The position numbers were made by a program, and so were the translations under genes. Below the pieces are notes generated by a model. That model saw only the letters and a list, made by a program, of their open reading frames with translations, had not been told where the DNA came from and ran no database searches. A stretch of 64,000 nt of DNA from a virus. Taxonomy: Duplodnaviria > Heunggongvirae > Uroviricota > Caudoviricetes. Location of the stretch: IMG/VR virus record IMGVR_UViG_3300031565_000009, one strand, 5' to 3'. Below are positions 24,983-35,394 of the stretch, in pieces; the first letter of the stretch is position 1, and the number at the start of each line of letters is the position of its first letter.

Positions 24983-27796
24983 TTGACGCGGCATCAACAC
25001 GGGCTCGCTGTCGTAGGAACACCCATGCCAAAAGTCACCGAAGCCATCGCCCGTTTTCTCACAGCCAAACTGGAGGATCACCCCGGGCGTGACTTGCTCG
25101 AACGCTACCTGTCCCACGGCGGCCCCCAGACCCTCGAAACCCAGATGAACGTGGCGGCCGGCGACGGGGAGCCCGTGGAAGGGAAGCGGACGACCTGGAC
25201 CAACGGCATCGACTCCTGGTTCAACATCAGAATCCCGCGCAACGCCAACGCCGACCCGGAGTGGAACGACTACGAGTTGCGCTACGCGCCAGAGATGCAC
25301 GCCGAGGGCATCGGCAGCACGGGCTGGGATTGGAAGGCCCGCAGGTCGCGCTGGATCGGCTTCGACTTCGACAGCATCACCGGCCACGCCCGGGGCGTCG
25401 GGATCACCGACGAGGAGTTGCACCGGGTCTTCGAGGCCGCCAAGGCGATCCCCTACGTCGAGACCCGGCGCAGCACCGGCGGCAAGGGGTGGCACCTCTA
25501 CGTCTACTTCGACGAAGCGGGCATCCCCACGGCCAACCACACGGAGCACGCCGCCTTGGCCCGCTGTGTGCTAGGGATGATGTCCAGTGAGGCCGGCTTC
25601 GACTTCGCCGCCGCCGTGGACTGCTGCGGCGGGGTCATGTGGTTCTGGCACCGGAAGATGACGCCCGAGAACCAGGGCCTCGCCCTGGTGAAGGGTGCGA
25701 CGAAGGCGCTGGCTATAGCAGACCTACCCACCAACTGGCGGGACCACATCGAAGTCGTAACCCGCAAACGCGCCAAAATCCGCATAAGCGGGGTCCCCGA
25801 AGAGAGCCAAGACCCCTTCGAGGCCATCGCCTCGGCCCGGCGGATCATCCCCCTGGACGAGCGCCACAAGGCCGCCATCCAGGCCCTCCAGGAATCCGGC
25901 TTCTCCACCATCTGGGTCGCCGACCACCATCTGCTCCAGACCCACACCTGCGCCTTGCAGGAGTTGATGCAGGAGCACCGAAGCGAACTGGGCCTGATCG
26001 GGCCATTCAGCACCAACAGCCAGGGGAAAGACAAAGGGACACCCAACTGCTTCCTCTTCCCCATGCTTAGCGGTAGCTGGAAGGTCTACCGCTTCTCCCA
26101 GGGCATCGCCGAAGCCAACACCTGGACCCAGGACGGGGACGGGTGGACGACCTGCTATTTCAATCGCATCCCCGATCTGGCGACCGCCTGTAAGGCCAGC
26201 GGCGGCGTGGAAGACCCGGAGAAGAACGAGTGGGTCTTCGGCCACGCCGACAAGGCCATCGAAGCAGCGGCGGCAATGGGCCAGGAGATCAAGATCGACC
26301 CCTCCCTGCTGGACCGCGAGGCGCGACTGAAGCTGCACCGCGACGGCAGGCTGATCGTCTCCCTGACGAAGGAAGAGAACGACACCCAAGCCCAGATGCC
26401 CGGGTGGCTGGGTAAGAAGGACAAGTGGATTCGCAAGTTCGAGAAGAAACTGCAAGACAACCCGGACGAGGAGTTGGGCGTCAACGACTTTGACGCCGTT
26501 CTGCGAACCTTGGTGACGCCCGACGGCGATTCTGCCGGCTGGGTCTGTCGGCTTGAGAACTCTGGCTGGTCACGACAACCCTTCAGCCACGTCAAGATAT
26601 TCCTTCAGCACCTCGGCATGGACAAGAACACGGCCGAGGGGATTATGGGCGGGGCCGTCAAGCGGGCCTGGACCCTGGTGAACCTGCCATTCCGCGAGGA
26701 GTACCCGGGTGGCCGGCAGTGGAACCTCGGTGCCCCGCAGTTCGCCTTCCAGCCGGCGGAACTCGGCGACGACGAAGCGCCGCGCCACCCCCACTGGGAC
26801 CTGATCCTCAATCATATCGGACGCGACCTGGACACGCCGCTCAGGGAACTTGCCTGGGCGCAGCGGGCGGGCATCAAGATCGGCGGCCAGTTCCTCATGA
26901 CCTGGATCGCCTGCATGGTGCGGGAGCCCTTCGAGCAGTTGCCCTACCTGTTCACCTACGGTTCTGAAAACTGCGGGAAGTCGATCTTCCACGAAGCCAT
27001 TGCACTCTTGCTGACCAAAGGCGTGGTCCCGGCCGACCGGGCGCTGGCCAGCCGCAACGACTTCAACGGCGAGTTGGCCAACGCCATCCTCTGTGTCGTG
27101 GAGGAGCGGGACCTGTCTAAGGCGGACAGCGCCAACGCCCGGCTCAAGGAATGGGTGACGTGCAAGATGCTCTCGATCCGCAAGATGCGCACCGACAGCT
27201 ACACGCAACCCAACACGACTCACTGGTTCCAGGCGGCCAATCAGCAGAGTTTCTGCCCAGTGTTTAGAAATGACACGCGCATCATCGTGATGAACGTGCC
27301 CGACCTGCTACCAGAGCAGGAGATTTTCAAGCCGATCCTCCTCGAAAGGTTGCGCGAGGAGGCAACCCACTTCATGTACTCCCTAATGAAGATGGATTTG
27401 CCCCCGGTTCTGGGACGCCTGCGGCTGCCGGTCATCACCACCGCCAACAAGCTGCTCTCCGAGGAGTTGAACTGCAACGACCTGGACGAGTTTCTGATGG
27501 ACTGCTGCTTCTGGGCTCCCGGTCGCAAGATTCTGTTCAAGGACTTCTATGACAAGTTTCTCGATTGGTTGCCCTCTGAGAAGAAGATGCTCTGGTCCCG
27601 GATCAAGACGACCCGAGCGCTGCCGAACAAGTACCCCACCTGGCGCGGCACCGCCAACAAGGTGTTCATCGGCAACCTCTCATTCGAGGAAGTCACACCC
27701 TCAGCCGACGCGAAGCCCATCATCGTGAGAGATGGCAAAGTCGTGGAGAACGGCAAGGACAGCGGCAAGGACAGCGGCAAGGAGGGAGGTAAGTAG
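24983..27796 (+). CDS. primase-polymerase / D5-SF3 helicase (P4 alpha-like)
   Basis: N-terminus YVETRRSTGGKGWHLYVYFD is prim-pol-like. C-terminal Walker A YGSENCGKSIFHEAI. 937 aa. Ends with a GKDSGKDSGKEGGK repeat. Confidence 0.7.
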   Translation: MTRHQHGLAVVGTPMPKVTEAIARFLTAKLEDHPGRDLLERYLSHGGPQTLETQMNVAAGDGEPVEGKRTTWTNGIDSWFNIRIPRNANADPEWNDYELRYAPEMHAEGIGSTGWDWKARRSRWIGFDFDSITGHARGVGITDEELHRVFEAAKAIPYVETRRSTGGKGWHLYVYFDEAGIPTANHTEHAALARCVLGMMSSEAGFDFAAAVDCCGGVMWFWHRKMTPENQGLALVKGATKALAIADLPTNWRDHIEVVTRKRAKIRISGVPEESQDPFEAIASARRIIPLDERHKAAIQALQESGFSTIWVADHHLLQTHTCALQELMQEHRSELGLIGPFSTNSQGKDKGTPNCFLFPMLSGSWKVYRFSQGIAEANTWTQDGDGWTTCYFNRIPDLATACKASGGVEDPEKNEWVFGHADKAIEAAAAMGQEIKIDPSLLDREARLKLHRDGRLIVSLTKEENDTQAQMPGWLGKKDKWIRKFEKKLQDNPDEELGVNDFDAVLRTLVTPDGDSAGWVCRLENSGWSRQPFSHVKIFLQHLGMDKNTAEGIMGGAVKRAWTLVNLPFREEYPGGRQWNLGAPQFAFQPAELGDDEAPRHPHWDLILNHIGRDLDTPLRELAWAQRAGIKIGGQFLMTWIACMVREPFEQLPYLFTYGSENCGKSIFHEAIALLLTKGVVPADRALASRNDFNGELANAILCVVEERDLSKADSANARLKEWVTCKMLSIRKMRTDSYTQPNTTHWFQAANQQSFCPVFRNDTRIIVMNVPDLLPEQEIFKPILLERLREEATHFMYSLMKMDLPPVLGRLRLPVITTANKLLSEELNCNDLDEFLMDCCFWAPGRKILFKDFYDKFLDWLPSEKKMLWSRIKTTRALPNKYPTWRGTANKVFIGNLSFEEVTPSADAKPIIVRDGKVVENGKDSGKDSGKEGGK

Positions 27797-27977
27797 CCAT
27801 AAGAGTCAAAGTCTACCGCTACTCTGCGCCCATCACCCGCTCGATTCTCCGCGCCTCGTGTGTGGCAGAAATCGAAACCAATAAGTACCCCGGCCGCCTC
27901 GCCGAATGTCTTGAAGATCAAGAAGACTTTGCCCGCAAGCACGGAGGCGACTTCATCGAGTTTGACGACAACGAGTT

Positions 27978-28667
27978 TTGACATCCAGGATGAATGACAT
28001 CATGAGCAATACCACACGCACTCTTTTCATCGGCCTCGGACACTACTCTCGCACCGGAAAAGACACCTTCGCCAACTACCTTGCTGCTGCCCTCCGCAAG
28101 CGTGCTCCCCACCTTCACGTACTCAAGCGCCCACTCGCCTGGAAATTGAAGCAGATCACCTACGAGTTGTATGCCTGGGCCGGGATGCAGCCGCCAGAAC
28201 ACTATGAGACGAGAGAAGGCGAGAAGGACCGTGACGTAGTGCTATCGGCCCTTGACATGACGCCCGTACAACTCTGGGTTTCTTTCGGCACGAAAGCCGT
28301 TCGCGAACAGGTCTATCCGGCGACGTGGCTCGATTACCTGCTGAAGACGAGGCATGATGCCAACGTGATTATCATCCCCGACTGCCGCTTCCCCAACGAG
28401 GTTGATGCCATCAAAGCAGAAGGCGGCCTAGCAATCAAGATCGTCCGCCCAGGTTACGGGCCGCGCAAGACCGTGGCCGACCGGGCGCTGCTGGGATACC
28501 AAGGCTGGAACTACGTGCTCGGCGACCGGGGATCAATGAAATCCCTCAGCGATACAGCATGGAACTTCGCGGAGTGGATCGCAGGGGATGCGCCGAGACC
28601 AGTGCAGACGCCGGAGGCCCGTGAGGCGGCCCTGGCCGTCGAGACCATTGAACCCTGGGAGGAGTAG
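27978..28667 (+). CDS. dNMP kinase (T4 gp1-like)
   Basis: LFIGLGHYSRTGKDTFANYL resembles the T4 dNMP kinase P-loop G..SGKDT. Confidence 0.5.
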   Translation: MTSRMNDIMSNTTRTLFIGLGHYSRTGKDTFANYLAAALRKRAPHLHVLKRPLAWKLKQITYELYAWAGMQPPEHYETREGEKDRDVVLSALDMTPVQLWVSFGTKAVREQVYPATWLDYLLKTRHDANVIIIPDCRFPNEVDAIKAEGGLAIKIVRPGYGPRKTVADRALLGYQGWNYVLGDRGSMKSLSDTAWNFAEWIAGDAPRPVQTPEAREAALAVETIEPWEE

Positions 28668-28669
28668 CC

Positions 28670-29290
28670 GTGGGCAAAATCTATCCTGGCATGGTTCACA
28701 TCAATGGCAACCTGCTGGCGGCCATCGACTTCGAGACAACGGGACGCCGGCCGGGCTACCATGAGATCATCCAAATCGCCGTTCTTCCGCTGGACTCCGA
28801 AATCCGGCCGCTGGCTTCCGTGCGTCCATTCTACACGAACATCCGACCGCAGCACCCCAAGCGGCAAGAGACAGACGCGGGACGAGTCCACCACCTCGAC
28901 ATGGAAAACCTGCTTATTCACGCACCAGAGGCCAGCCGAGTCGCTGATTTGCTTGTCGAATGGTTCCAACGATTGGAGCTACCACAAAGCCGGGTCGTCG
29001 TGCCGCTAGTGCAGAACTGGGCTTTCGAGTCAGCTTTCCTCAAGGCATGGCTCGGGCCGGACATGGTGGACATGATATTCCACAGCCACGCCCGAGACCC
29101 GATGCTTCTGGCCGTGATGATGAACGACATCGCCGCCTTCCGTGGCGAGGAGTTGCCCTTCAATCGCGTTGGGCTGGGCTCACTCTGCAATCGGCTGGGC
29201 GTCACGAATACGAACCCGCACGATGCCCTAGCCGACTGTATGGCGACGGCCGAAGTCTACCGGGCAATGCTGACCCTGAATCTCGTCTGA
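28670..29290 (+). CDS. DnaQ-like DEDDh 3'-5' exonuclease
   Basis: AAIDFETTG is the Exo I motif. HDALADCMATAEVY is the Exo III motif. Confidence 0.65.
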   Translation: MGKIYPGMVHINGNLLAAIDFETTGRRPGYHEIIQIAVLPLDSEIRPLASVRPFYTNIRPQHPKRQETDAGRVHHLDMENLLIHAPEASRVADLLVEWFQRLELPQSRVVVPLVQNWAFESAFLKAWLGPDMVDMIFHSHARDPMLLAVMMNDIAAFRGEELPFNRVGLGSLCNRLGVTNTNPHDALADCMATAEVYRAMLTLNLV

Positions 29291-29310
29291 ATCTCGTCTG
29301 AGGTGCGCTA

Positions 29311-30465
29311 ATGGGACAAGTCTGGACACGCGCTGACTGGAACGACATCATCCAGCGGATCAATGATCTGGCCCAGGACCCCGACGCCGGCTGCGACCCG
29401 GTGGCAACCTTGCCGGAGGTAGACCCAGAGCATATTTGGACAAACACAGACATCCAGCAGGTCCGCGACAAGCTGACGGAAATCTGTGACGAGAACTTGT
29501 TCTCGGCCGAACTCCGACTTTGGGCACAAGAGATCATCGACGAGATTGAAGCGGCCATCGCCAACGGATGGTGTGGCTGTGAAGATTGCATACCGGAATG
29601 CTCCAACGCCTACGGAGCCGCGGTAAGCTATTTAGGTTCCTATGTGATTGAAGCTTGCCTCGACTGTGGCCCATGCGACAATCCAACTTGCACCGACAAT
29701 TGCACCACTGAATGCCGTCAAGCCGCCACCGCAGCCGGGAACCAAGCAAACACAAAGATCGGCCAATGGGCCGATGCCTGGTCCGCCTATTGCACCTTGG
29801 CAGATGCCGTCGTAGTCGTCCAACAACAGTTGGACGACTTGGAAGCAGAACTCGTTATACTTGAACAAGCCCGCGATGAAGCCTGCGCACATGGCACCCC
29901 CGAGGAGTGTGCAGCGGCACAGGCGGCCGTCGATGCCAAACAGGCGGAAGTAGATGCCAAGCAAGCCGAATTAGACCAGAAGACCCAGGAACGTGACGAC
30001 AAGTTGACTGAGGCTGACGGTTACGAAACAGAGGCAGAAACCAAAGCAGCCGAAAGCCTCAGCCTTTCGAACCTTTGCGTTCCCGATGGTGTGCTTATCT
30101 ACTACTCTTCACTAGCCAGTAGCGCCCTGTGGGCTGATTATGATTGCAACCAGCTTGGCCCAACATGCTTAGGACGCGACCCACGCCGATGCCGGGTATG
30201 GTGGCATGTCCAAAAACGCACTACGACTCACTTTTACAGCGGAGGTACATTTGAGGGAACTTGGGCAACCGTCATTGGCGGTGGCTACACACGACAGGGT
30301 TCACCCTATGTGACCAGTCTTCCAGGCTGCGGAGGGCTATCAAGCTATGCTTGTTCATCTTGTGGGCCGGCTGCTTGCCAGAGCGGCTGCGCTGCCTGGC
30401 TGACCCATGAATTGCGTCTGATCCAAGACTATCCTGATCCGCTCGGAGAGGAATGCTGTGACTAA
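29311..30465 (+). CDS. Cys-rich protein with central coiled coil
   Basis: About 30 Cys (CGCEDCIPEC, CLDCGPCDNPTCTDNCTTEC) plus an EAELVILEQAR...QAEVDAKQAELDQK coiled coil. No signal peptide. Confidence 0.4.
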   Translation: MGQVWTRADWNDIIQRINDLAQDPDAGCDPVATLPEVDPEHIWTNTDIQQVRDKLTEICDENLFSAELRLWAQEIIDEIEAAIANGWCGCEDCIPECSNAYGAAVSYLGSYVIEACLDCGPCDNPTCTDNCTTECRQAATAAGNQANTKIGQWADAWSAYCTLADAVVVVQQQLDDLEAELVILEQARDEACAHGTPEECAAAQAAVDAKQAEVDAKQAELDQKTQERDDKLTEADGYETEAETKAAESLSLSNLCVPDGVLIYYSSLASSALWADYDCNQLGPTCLGRDPRRCRVWWHVQKRTTTHFYSGGTFEGTWATVIGGGYTRQGSPYVTSLPGCGGLSSYACSSCGPAACQSGCAAWLTHELRLIQDYPDPLGEECCD

Positions 30466-31225
30466 AATCCTAGCCATCAAGGACGACGGGACATTGCTCC
30501 TCAACGGACTCAATGTCCGCATTCCAACCTACTGGAAGGCGACCGATACGTCCGGCATCTACGAATGCCAGTTGCCAGGGTGCAAGTATCGGCGATTCTC
30601 CTACAGGATCAAGAACCATGAGTTAGCGGTGAAACTACACTGCTTTCTCCAGCAAAGAAGCTGCATCCACGAGGAGTGCCAATCGTGTCCACTAGCGACC
30701 CCCGACACGAGCGTGCGAAAGAAGATCGAGATGGAAATCGACAATGGTGACGGCACAAAGACAACCACCCAGATCGTGATGTGTGTTGATCCAAACACGG
30801 ACCCCCGCCTCCAGACCCTCGGCACCTGGATACCGACACACGATACCGAGACGAAAGCACGGCCCGTGGCCCGGCCCGATCTACAAGCCATCCAGGATAC
30901 CTTATCCCCATTCAAAGCCGGCCGGGACCGCAAGTTTCGCATCGAAGAAGACGGCATGATCGTCTATGAGAAGGAAGAGGGCGAGTGGGAGACGCCCAAG
31001 GACATCAACGGCTACCGCAGGGACCCGAATAACCCCTGGCGATTCATCCCCCTCTGGCCGCCCTGTGTCATGCGGCACCAGATCGGCATCCGCTATGCCA
31101 ACTGCGGCTGCATCAACGTCATCATGCGATGCAACCACCCGGAACATCCCAAGTACGTGGATCGAATCGGGCATGAGGATTGCCAAGCCTGCCCGCTTCG
31201 GATAGCCAGCAAGTCGGAGAACTGA
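30458..31225 (+). CDS. Cys/His-rich protein
   Basis: ATGA overlap with the previous gene. Contains CQLPGCKY, CIHEECQSCP, CGCINVIMRCNHPEHP and HEDCQACP. Confidence 0.35.
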   Translation: MTKILAIKDDGTLLLNGLNVRIPTYWKATDTSGIYECQLPGCKYRRFSYRIKNHELAVKLHCFLQQRSCIHEECQSCPLATPDTSVRKKIEMEIDNGDGTKTTTQIVMCVDPNTDPRLQTLGTWIPTHDTETKARPVARPDLQAIQDTLSPFKAGRDRKFRIEEDGMIVYEKEEGEWETPKDINGYRRDPNNPWRFIPLWPPCVMRHQIGIRYANCGCINVIMRCNHPEHPKYVDRIGHEDCQACPLRIASKSEN

Positions 31226-31228
31226 GTA

Positions 31229-31723
31229 ATGCCCTGCGACGACTGCCCAGAGAAGCAACACCTATCAGAACATCTGCCCGGAGCCGTCTACATCGCCTAC
31301 GGCGGCGGGCCGCCGTCCGCCCCCTTTGCCACCGTGGCCCGAGCGATCCCGCCAGCCGACGAGCGGGTCGTGACCCTCTATGGCACGCCCACGGTGAATC
31401 CGAACGGGACAATCTCGTACCCAAACATCCATAAAGAAGGGCCGGAGCCCCCAGTTCCCACAGGGTACGAATGTGTACCCGGTGACAACTGGACACTCCG
31501 GCCCGTATGGGCTTCGTGCATGTTCCGCCTTCTTCGCGTCCGATTCATTGAAGACGGATCGTTGAACATTGCGGGCCTCTGCACGCACCCCGGCTCCGGC
31601 ATCAAGGCCCAGGAGCCCCTGGACCCGGATTACTGCAAGCACTGTAGCCTGCGTGCGCCGATCCCTGCCCCTAGTAAGTCTGCACGGTCGGCAGGCCGCT
31701 CCGGTGGCCTTCCGCGTTCGTGA
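31229..31723 (+). CDS. Cys-containing protein
   Basis: Starts MPCDDCPEKQH. Third gene of a coupled triad. Confidence 0.3.
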   Translation: MPCDDCPEKQHLSEHLPGAVYIAYGGGPPSAPFATVARAIPPADERVVTLYGTPTVNPNGTISYPNIHKEGPEPPVPTGYECVPGDNWTLRPVWASCMFRLLRVRFIEDGSLNIAGLCTHPGSGIKAQEPLDPDYCKHCSLRAPIPAPSKSARSAGRSGGLPRS

Positions 31724-32300
31724 CGATCTTGTAGACCCGGCAGTCAGCAAAGTCCACCACCTTGCAGCGCCGCACGGAGACGCCGAAGGGGCGAAGTTCC
31801 TTCTGCACCGCCTCGGTCAACGTGTTCTCAAACTGGTCGTTCCCGATCATGTCCATGATCTCCTGGAACGAGTGTTTGGCAATCACAGCGGTCACGGCCG
31901 CCTGAGTAATATCGTTGATCGTGGTGTCCACATCCCAATTCATCCGTCCGATGGCATGAATGACATCCCTGATCTTGTAGACTACGACACAGCCCACGAC
32001 GACCTTCTTCAGGTCCTTCGTGGTAAGCACCTGGATGGGTAGAGCGAGCGTCTGGCGAGCAGTGACAATCACCTCAATATCCGTAGTCAGGGGCCAGTAA
32101 AAATGGAGCCCCGAGGCCATTGCCACAACCTTCTTGCCGCGCTTCCACTTTACGCCACCGTGGGTCGCCCTGACAATGACGATCCTCGGAAAAAACTTCA
32201 GCAGAGCATCAAAAATCTGCCCAAGCCAAGCGAAAGCGGTTTCCATAAAATCTCCAGGTAACAGAAATAAAACGCCCAGGCCGAATGTCGGCCTGGGCAT
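31671..32300 (-). CDS. SPFH/band-7 (stomatin/prohibitin-like) domain protein
   Basis: N-terminal hydrophobic segment, then LHFYWPLTTDIEVI...LTTKDLKKVVVGCVVVYKIRDV, an SPFH-like pattern. Confidence 0.45.
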   Translation of the reverse strand: MPRPTFGLGVLFLLPGDFMETAFAWLGQIFDALLKFFPRIVIVRATHGGVKWKRGKKVVAMASGLHFYWPLTTDIEVIVTARQTLALPIQVLTTKDLKKVVVGCVVVYKIRDVIHAIGRMNWDVDTTINDITQAAVTAVIAKHSFQEIMDMIGNDQFENTLTEAVQKELRPFGVSVRRCKVVDFADCRVYKIVTNAEGHRSGLPTVQTY

Positions 32301-32334
32301 ATTTGTTGCGCCACAGACCCGGTGTGGCTACTTC

Positions 32335-32506
32335 TTCTTCTGGCCAAGCCTCTTCAGTGTGCGGGCCAAGTTGACCTGCCTTTGCGTAGTCTTATCCCGA
32401 TGCGGAGCACGCATAAACTCGGTGAGAGTCATGCCTGCGGCCTTCGCCTTTCGTGTCAGCGCACCAGGGTGTTTGATCGCGCCCTGAATCCACTTCTTTG
32501 CCATGT
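32335..32506 (-). CDS. small basic protein (not in ORF track, <60 aa)
   Basis: Hand-translated: MAKKWIQGAIKHPGALTRKAKAAGMTLTEFMRAPHRDKTTQRQVNLARTLKRLGQKKK. Confidence 0.25.
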
Positions 32507-32592
32507 TGGCACCTCATTGATTGAAGGTGATAGCCGGCGGTACAGACCGCCGACCTGATGACAGATAAAGAAACGATTGCACCCGCAAAGGG

Positions 32593-35394
32593 CTAATCTT
32601 GCAGAAACGCAGTACCGGCCCCATAGACGCTTTGCTCGGAGTCGTACTTGAAGTCGAACTCGGCCCCTTCCGGGTGATCTGTGTCAGCCACCAACGCATC
32701 TGTCTTAATGAGAAGCCGATTACTCTCATTGATGCCACGGAAGATCGAGGTAAACTTCGCAGAACGGCCATTCTGCTCTCGGGAGTCAATGATGACCGTC
32801 TTGGCAATGTCGATGCTGATGCCACCTTTCAATGGCGGCAAGTTTGCCGAAGGAGACGGGTTCGCCAAGTGCAATCGCAGATGCAAGCGAGGCTTCGGCG
32901 CATGCGCCAACTCCCCATAAATGCTGGGATTGATGACGATTTGCGGCGTGAAACCCTGATCCGTAATGATTGGGTCGCCATAGTCACTGTGGGCACGAAA
33001 GGCAATGTTCGGGCCTCCGACCCACACGATGCCGCCAGACTCGATACCGTCGATATAGCCAATAGGCAACTCGCCCGTGGCACCCTGCCCGACACCGCCA
33101 CCTCCGGCATCACCAGTGTTGATGTCTGCCTGGGACGGCCATGTCTCGTCAACACGAAGCGTGGACGGCCAGTAATACCGACTCTTTTCCATTTCGCCCG
33201 CCTTGACGGGCACGAGGCAATCGAAGTCAATCAGATTCGCATCCGAGTCATAGTTCGCCTGAAGCACGATGGCCTTGACGGCTTCATTCGCCACGTACCC
33301 GCCGGAGAAATTCAGGTTCACGCAATCGAACGTCTCCAGGTCCAGCTTGTTGAGAAAGGTCTTGAATCTGATCTTCTTCCAAGTGCAGGACTTGCGAATC
33401 AGCCAGAACGTCGCGCACTTCAGGATAATGTCAGGCTGGTTGTAACAGTACCAATCGTACTCCTCCTCATGCGTCCCGTATCGAGTGATGTTGTGACGCA
33501 GAATCATCCACTTCTCGCTGCTGTCCCGCTCCTGGTCCGTCTCCCCGGGTGCCCAACTGATGCGCCACTTCACCTTCATCTTCGTGATAAGGTCTTCCGT
33601 GCGGGTCAGGTCCACCTCGACGCCGCTCTCGGCATCCAGGTCGCTCACCGTCACGGTATCATCCACTGCCGGCTCCTCCGGCAGGTACTTGATATAGAAC
33701 ACCCCGTTGCTGATCCAGAGCGCACAGCGGGCTTGATAGGCCATCTCCTGAAGCACGTCAATGGTGTTTTTCCGCTCCAGGATCGGGAAGTTCATGGGGA
33801 ACTGCGTCAGCTTCGTCCGCACGTAATCAAACAAAGTGCTGTCCCAGGTCAGGTCCGTCCAGCCAGCAATCAGGTACTTCATTATGTCAATAGTGTTGGG
33901 ACCAACACTTGACTGGAACGTCACGTACACGTCATCGCCCCACCCCTGCTCCGCAATGGACGAAAGCGGCTTGTTTAGAACAACCTGCACGGCCGCGATC
34001 GTGCCATAGGTAACATTCTGCACCGTGTAGAGATCAGTTGGCACATTCACTAGTCGGCGATAGCCCTCGAACTGCTTGTACGCCTTCACGGCCAGCACGG
34101 TGCCGGGCACAATGGAAACAATGTAAGTGATCGGCTCGCCGCTATAGATGCGCACCGTCGATCCAGGCTCGGCCCAGAACTGCTGAATGATCGGATCATC
34201 CGAAATTGTGGTGCCACGGCCGCCCGTGGAGACAATGAACCCGTAGTGGCGACACTCGCAAGTGTTGTAGACATCACCGCACCCGCAGGGCACGTCGATT
34301 CGATAGTCAAAAGGCGCAACCTGCCCGCTGCCTTGATCGTAAGGGCATGGATCATCACGGTCATCGGCCTCATTGGCGGCCTGCTCCTCGCCATCCGGCC
34401 AATATCGGCTCTGAATGTAAAACAACGAGCCAGAGAAGTAACCCGTGAACAGGCCGCCATTGATCTCCAGTATGAGAGTGGTTCCTTGCGGGAAGTCTTC
34501 CCCACCGAGGATATGCGCAGGGTTGGCCCCTAGACCCTGGTTTCTGGCCTCCGTCACCTGCGACTGCCGGGAGTACGTGGCGCACTTCGACTGCTGTAAG
34601 GAGCCAGACACCGCCTGGGATCGCTGAGAGTACAAGTCGTTGATCTGATCGAGGATGGCGGCAGCCCGCGCGTTGTCCACGCGGTCCCAGCAATACTTAC
34701 CGCACCATAGGGTGCTGATCTGCGCCGAGATTTGCGCTAAGGTCATGCCCAAGCCCGAATCCGTATTGAGACCGTTGCTGAACAAGGGCACGGCGTTGTG
34801 CAGGTCCACGCCCGCCAGAATCCCGATACCATCAAGCGTAGTCCCCGTAATGGCATGATTGACCTGAAGGGCAGGGCAATCCCGCACTGTGCCGAAGATC
34901 ATCGGCCACGGTTTGCCCACCATGTCGGCGGGCAAGAGTGGGAACTGACCCTCCTCGGCCGAGAATCCGACTTCTCTGTCTTCAAGCTGAGAGATGATGG
35001 TAAACCTGATGGTTCGCTCTCGCTCGCTCCAAGTAATCGGGGAACTGATCTTGCCGGAAAACAGGAGAAACTTGTCGGCCAAATCGAGGCCGGCAAAATA
35101 CTGATACACGCGGGCGTCCCGCTTGTGGATGTCCACACCATTGAAAATGGTCTTGATCGTGCCTTCCGTGTCATCCAGCGTCACGTCAAGAGATTGCGAC
35201 GAATTGCTGGCCGAGACAGCAACCACGTTGTCCAAGTCGCCCACTTCAAGAATGCGGCCGGGTATCGCGCCCACCGTCCGGTCGGCATAAGAGGCCGTCC
35301 GGCCGGAGACCCAATCCACCTCAATAATCGTGATGGGCTCATTGCCGTATTGCTGCGCCAACTTGGCCAGGGCGGCTGCTGAAATCGTGCGCAT
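32593..35394 (-). CDS. tail fiber / host-specificity (J-like) protein
   Basis: 933 aa, the last gene of the tail module. Confidence 0.45.
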   Translation of the reverse strand: MRTISAAALAKLAQQYGNEPITIIEVDWVSGRTASYADRTVGAIPGRILEVGDLDNVVAVSASNSSQSLDVTLDDTEGTIKTIFNGVDIHKRDARVYQYFAGLDLADKFLLFSGKISSPITWSERERTIRFTIISQLEDREVGFSAEEGQFPLLPADMVGKPWPMIFGTVRDCPALQVNHAITGTTLDGIGILAGVDLHNAVPLFSNGLNTDSGLGMTLAQISAQISTLWCGKYCWDRVDNARAAAILDQINDLYSQRSQAVSGSLQQSKCATYSRQSQVTEARNQGLGANPAHILGGEDFPQGTTLILEINGGLFTGYFSGSLFYIQSRYWPDGEEQAANEADDRDDPCPYDQGSGQVAPFDYRIDVPCGCGDVYNTCECRHYGFIVSTGGRGTTISDDPIIQQFWAEPGSTVRIYSGEPITYIVSIVPGTVLAVKAYKQFEGYRRLVNVPTDLYTVQNVTYGTIAAVQVVLNKPLSSIAEQGWGDDVYVTFQSSVGPNTIDIMKYLIAGWTDLTWDSTLFDYVRTKLTQFPMNFPILERKNTIDVLQEMAYQARCALWISNGVFYIKYLPEEPAVDDTVTVSDLDAESGVEVDLTRTEDLITKMKVKWRISWAPGETDQERDSSEKWMILRHNITRYGTHEEEYDWYCYNQPDIILKCATFWLIRKSCTWKKIRFKTFLNKLDLETFDCVNLNFSGGYVANEAVKAIVLQANYDSDANLIDFDCLVPVKAGEMEKSRYYWPSTLRVDETWPSQADINTGDAGGGGVGQGATGELPIGYIDGIESGGIVWVGGPNIAFRAHSDYGDPIITDQGFTPQIVINPSIYGELAHAPKPRLHLRLHLANPSPSANLPPLKGGISIDIAKTVIIDSREQNGRSAKFTSIFRGINESNRLLIKTDALVADTDHPEGAEFDFKYDSEQSVYGAGTAFLQD

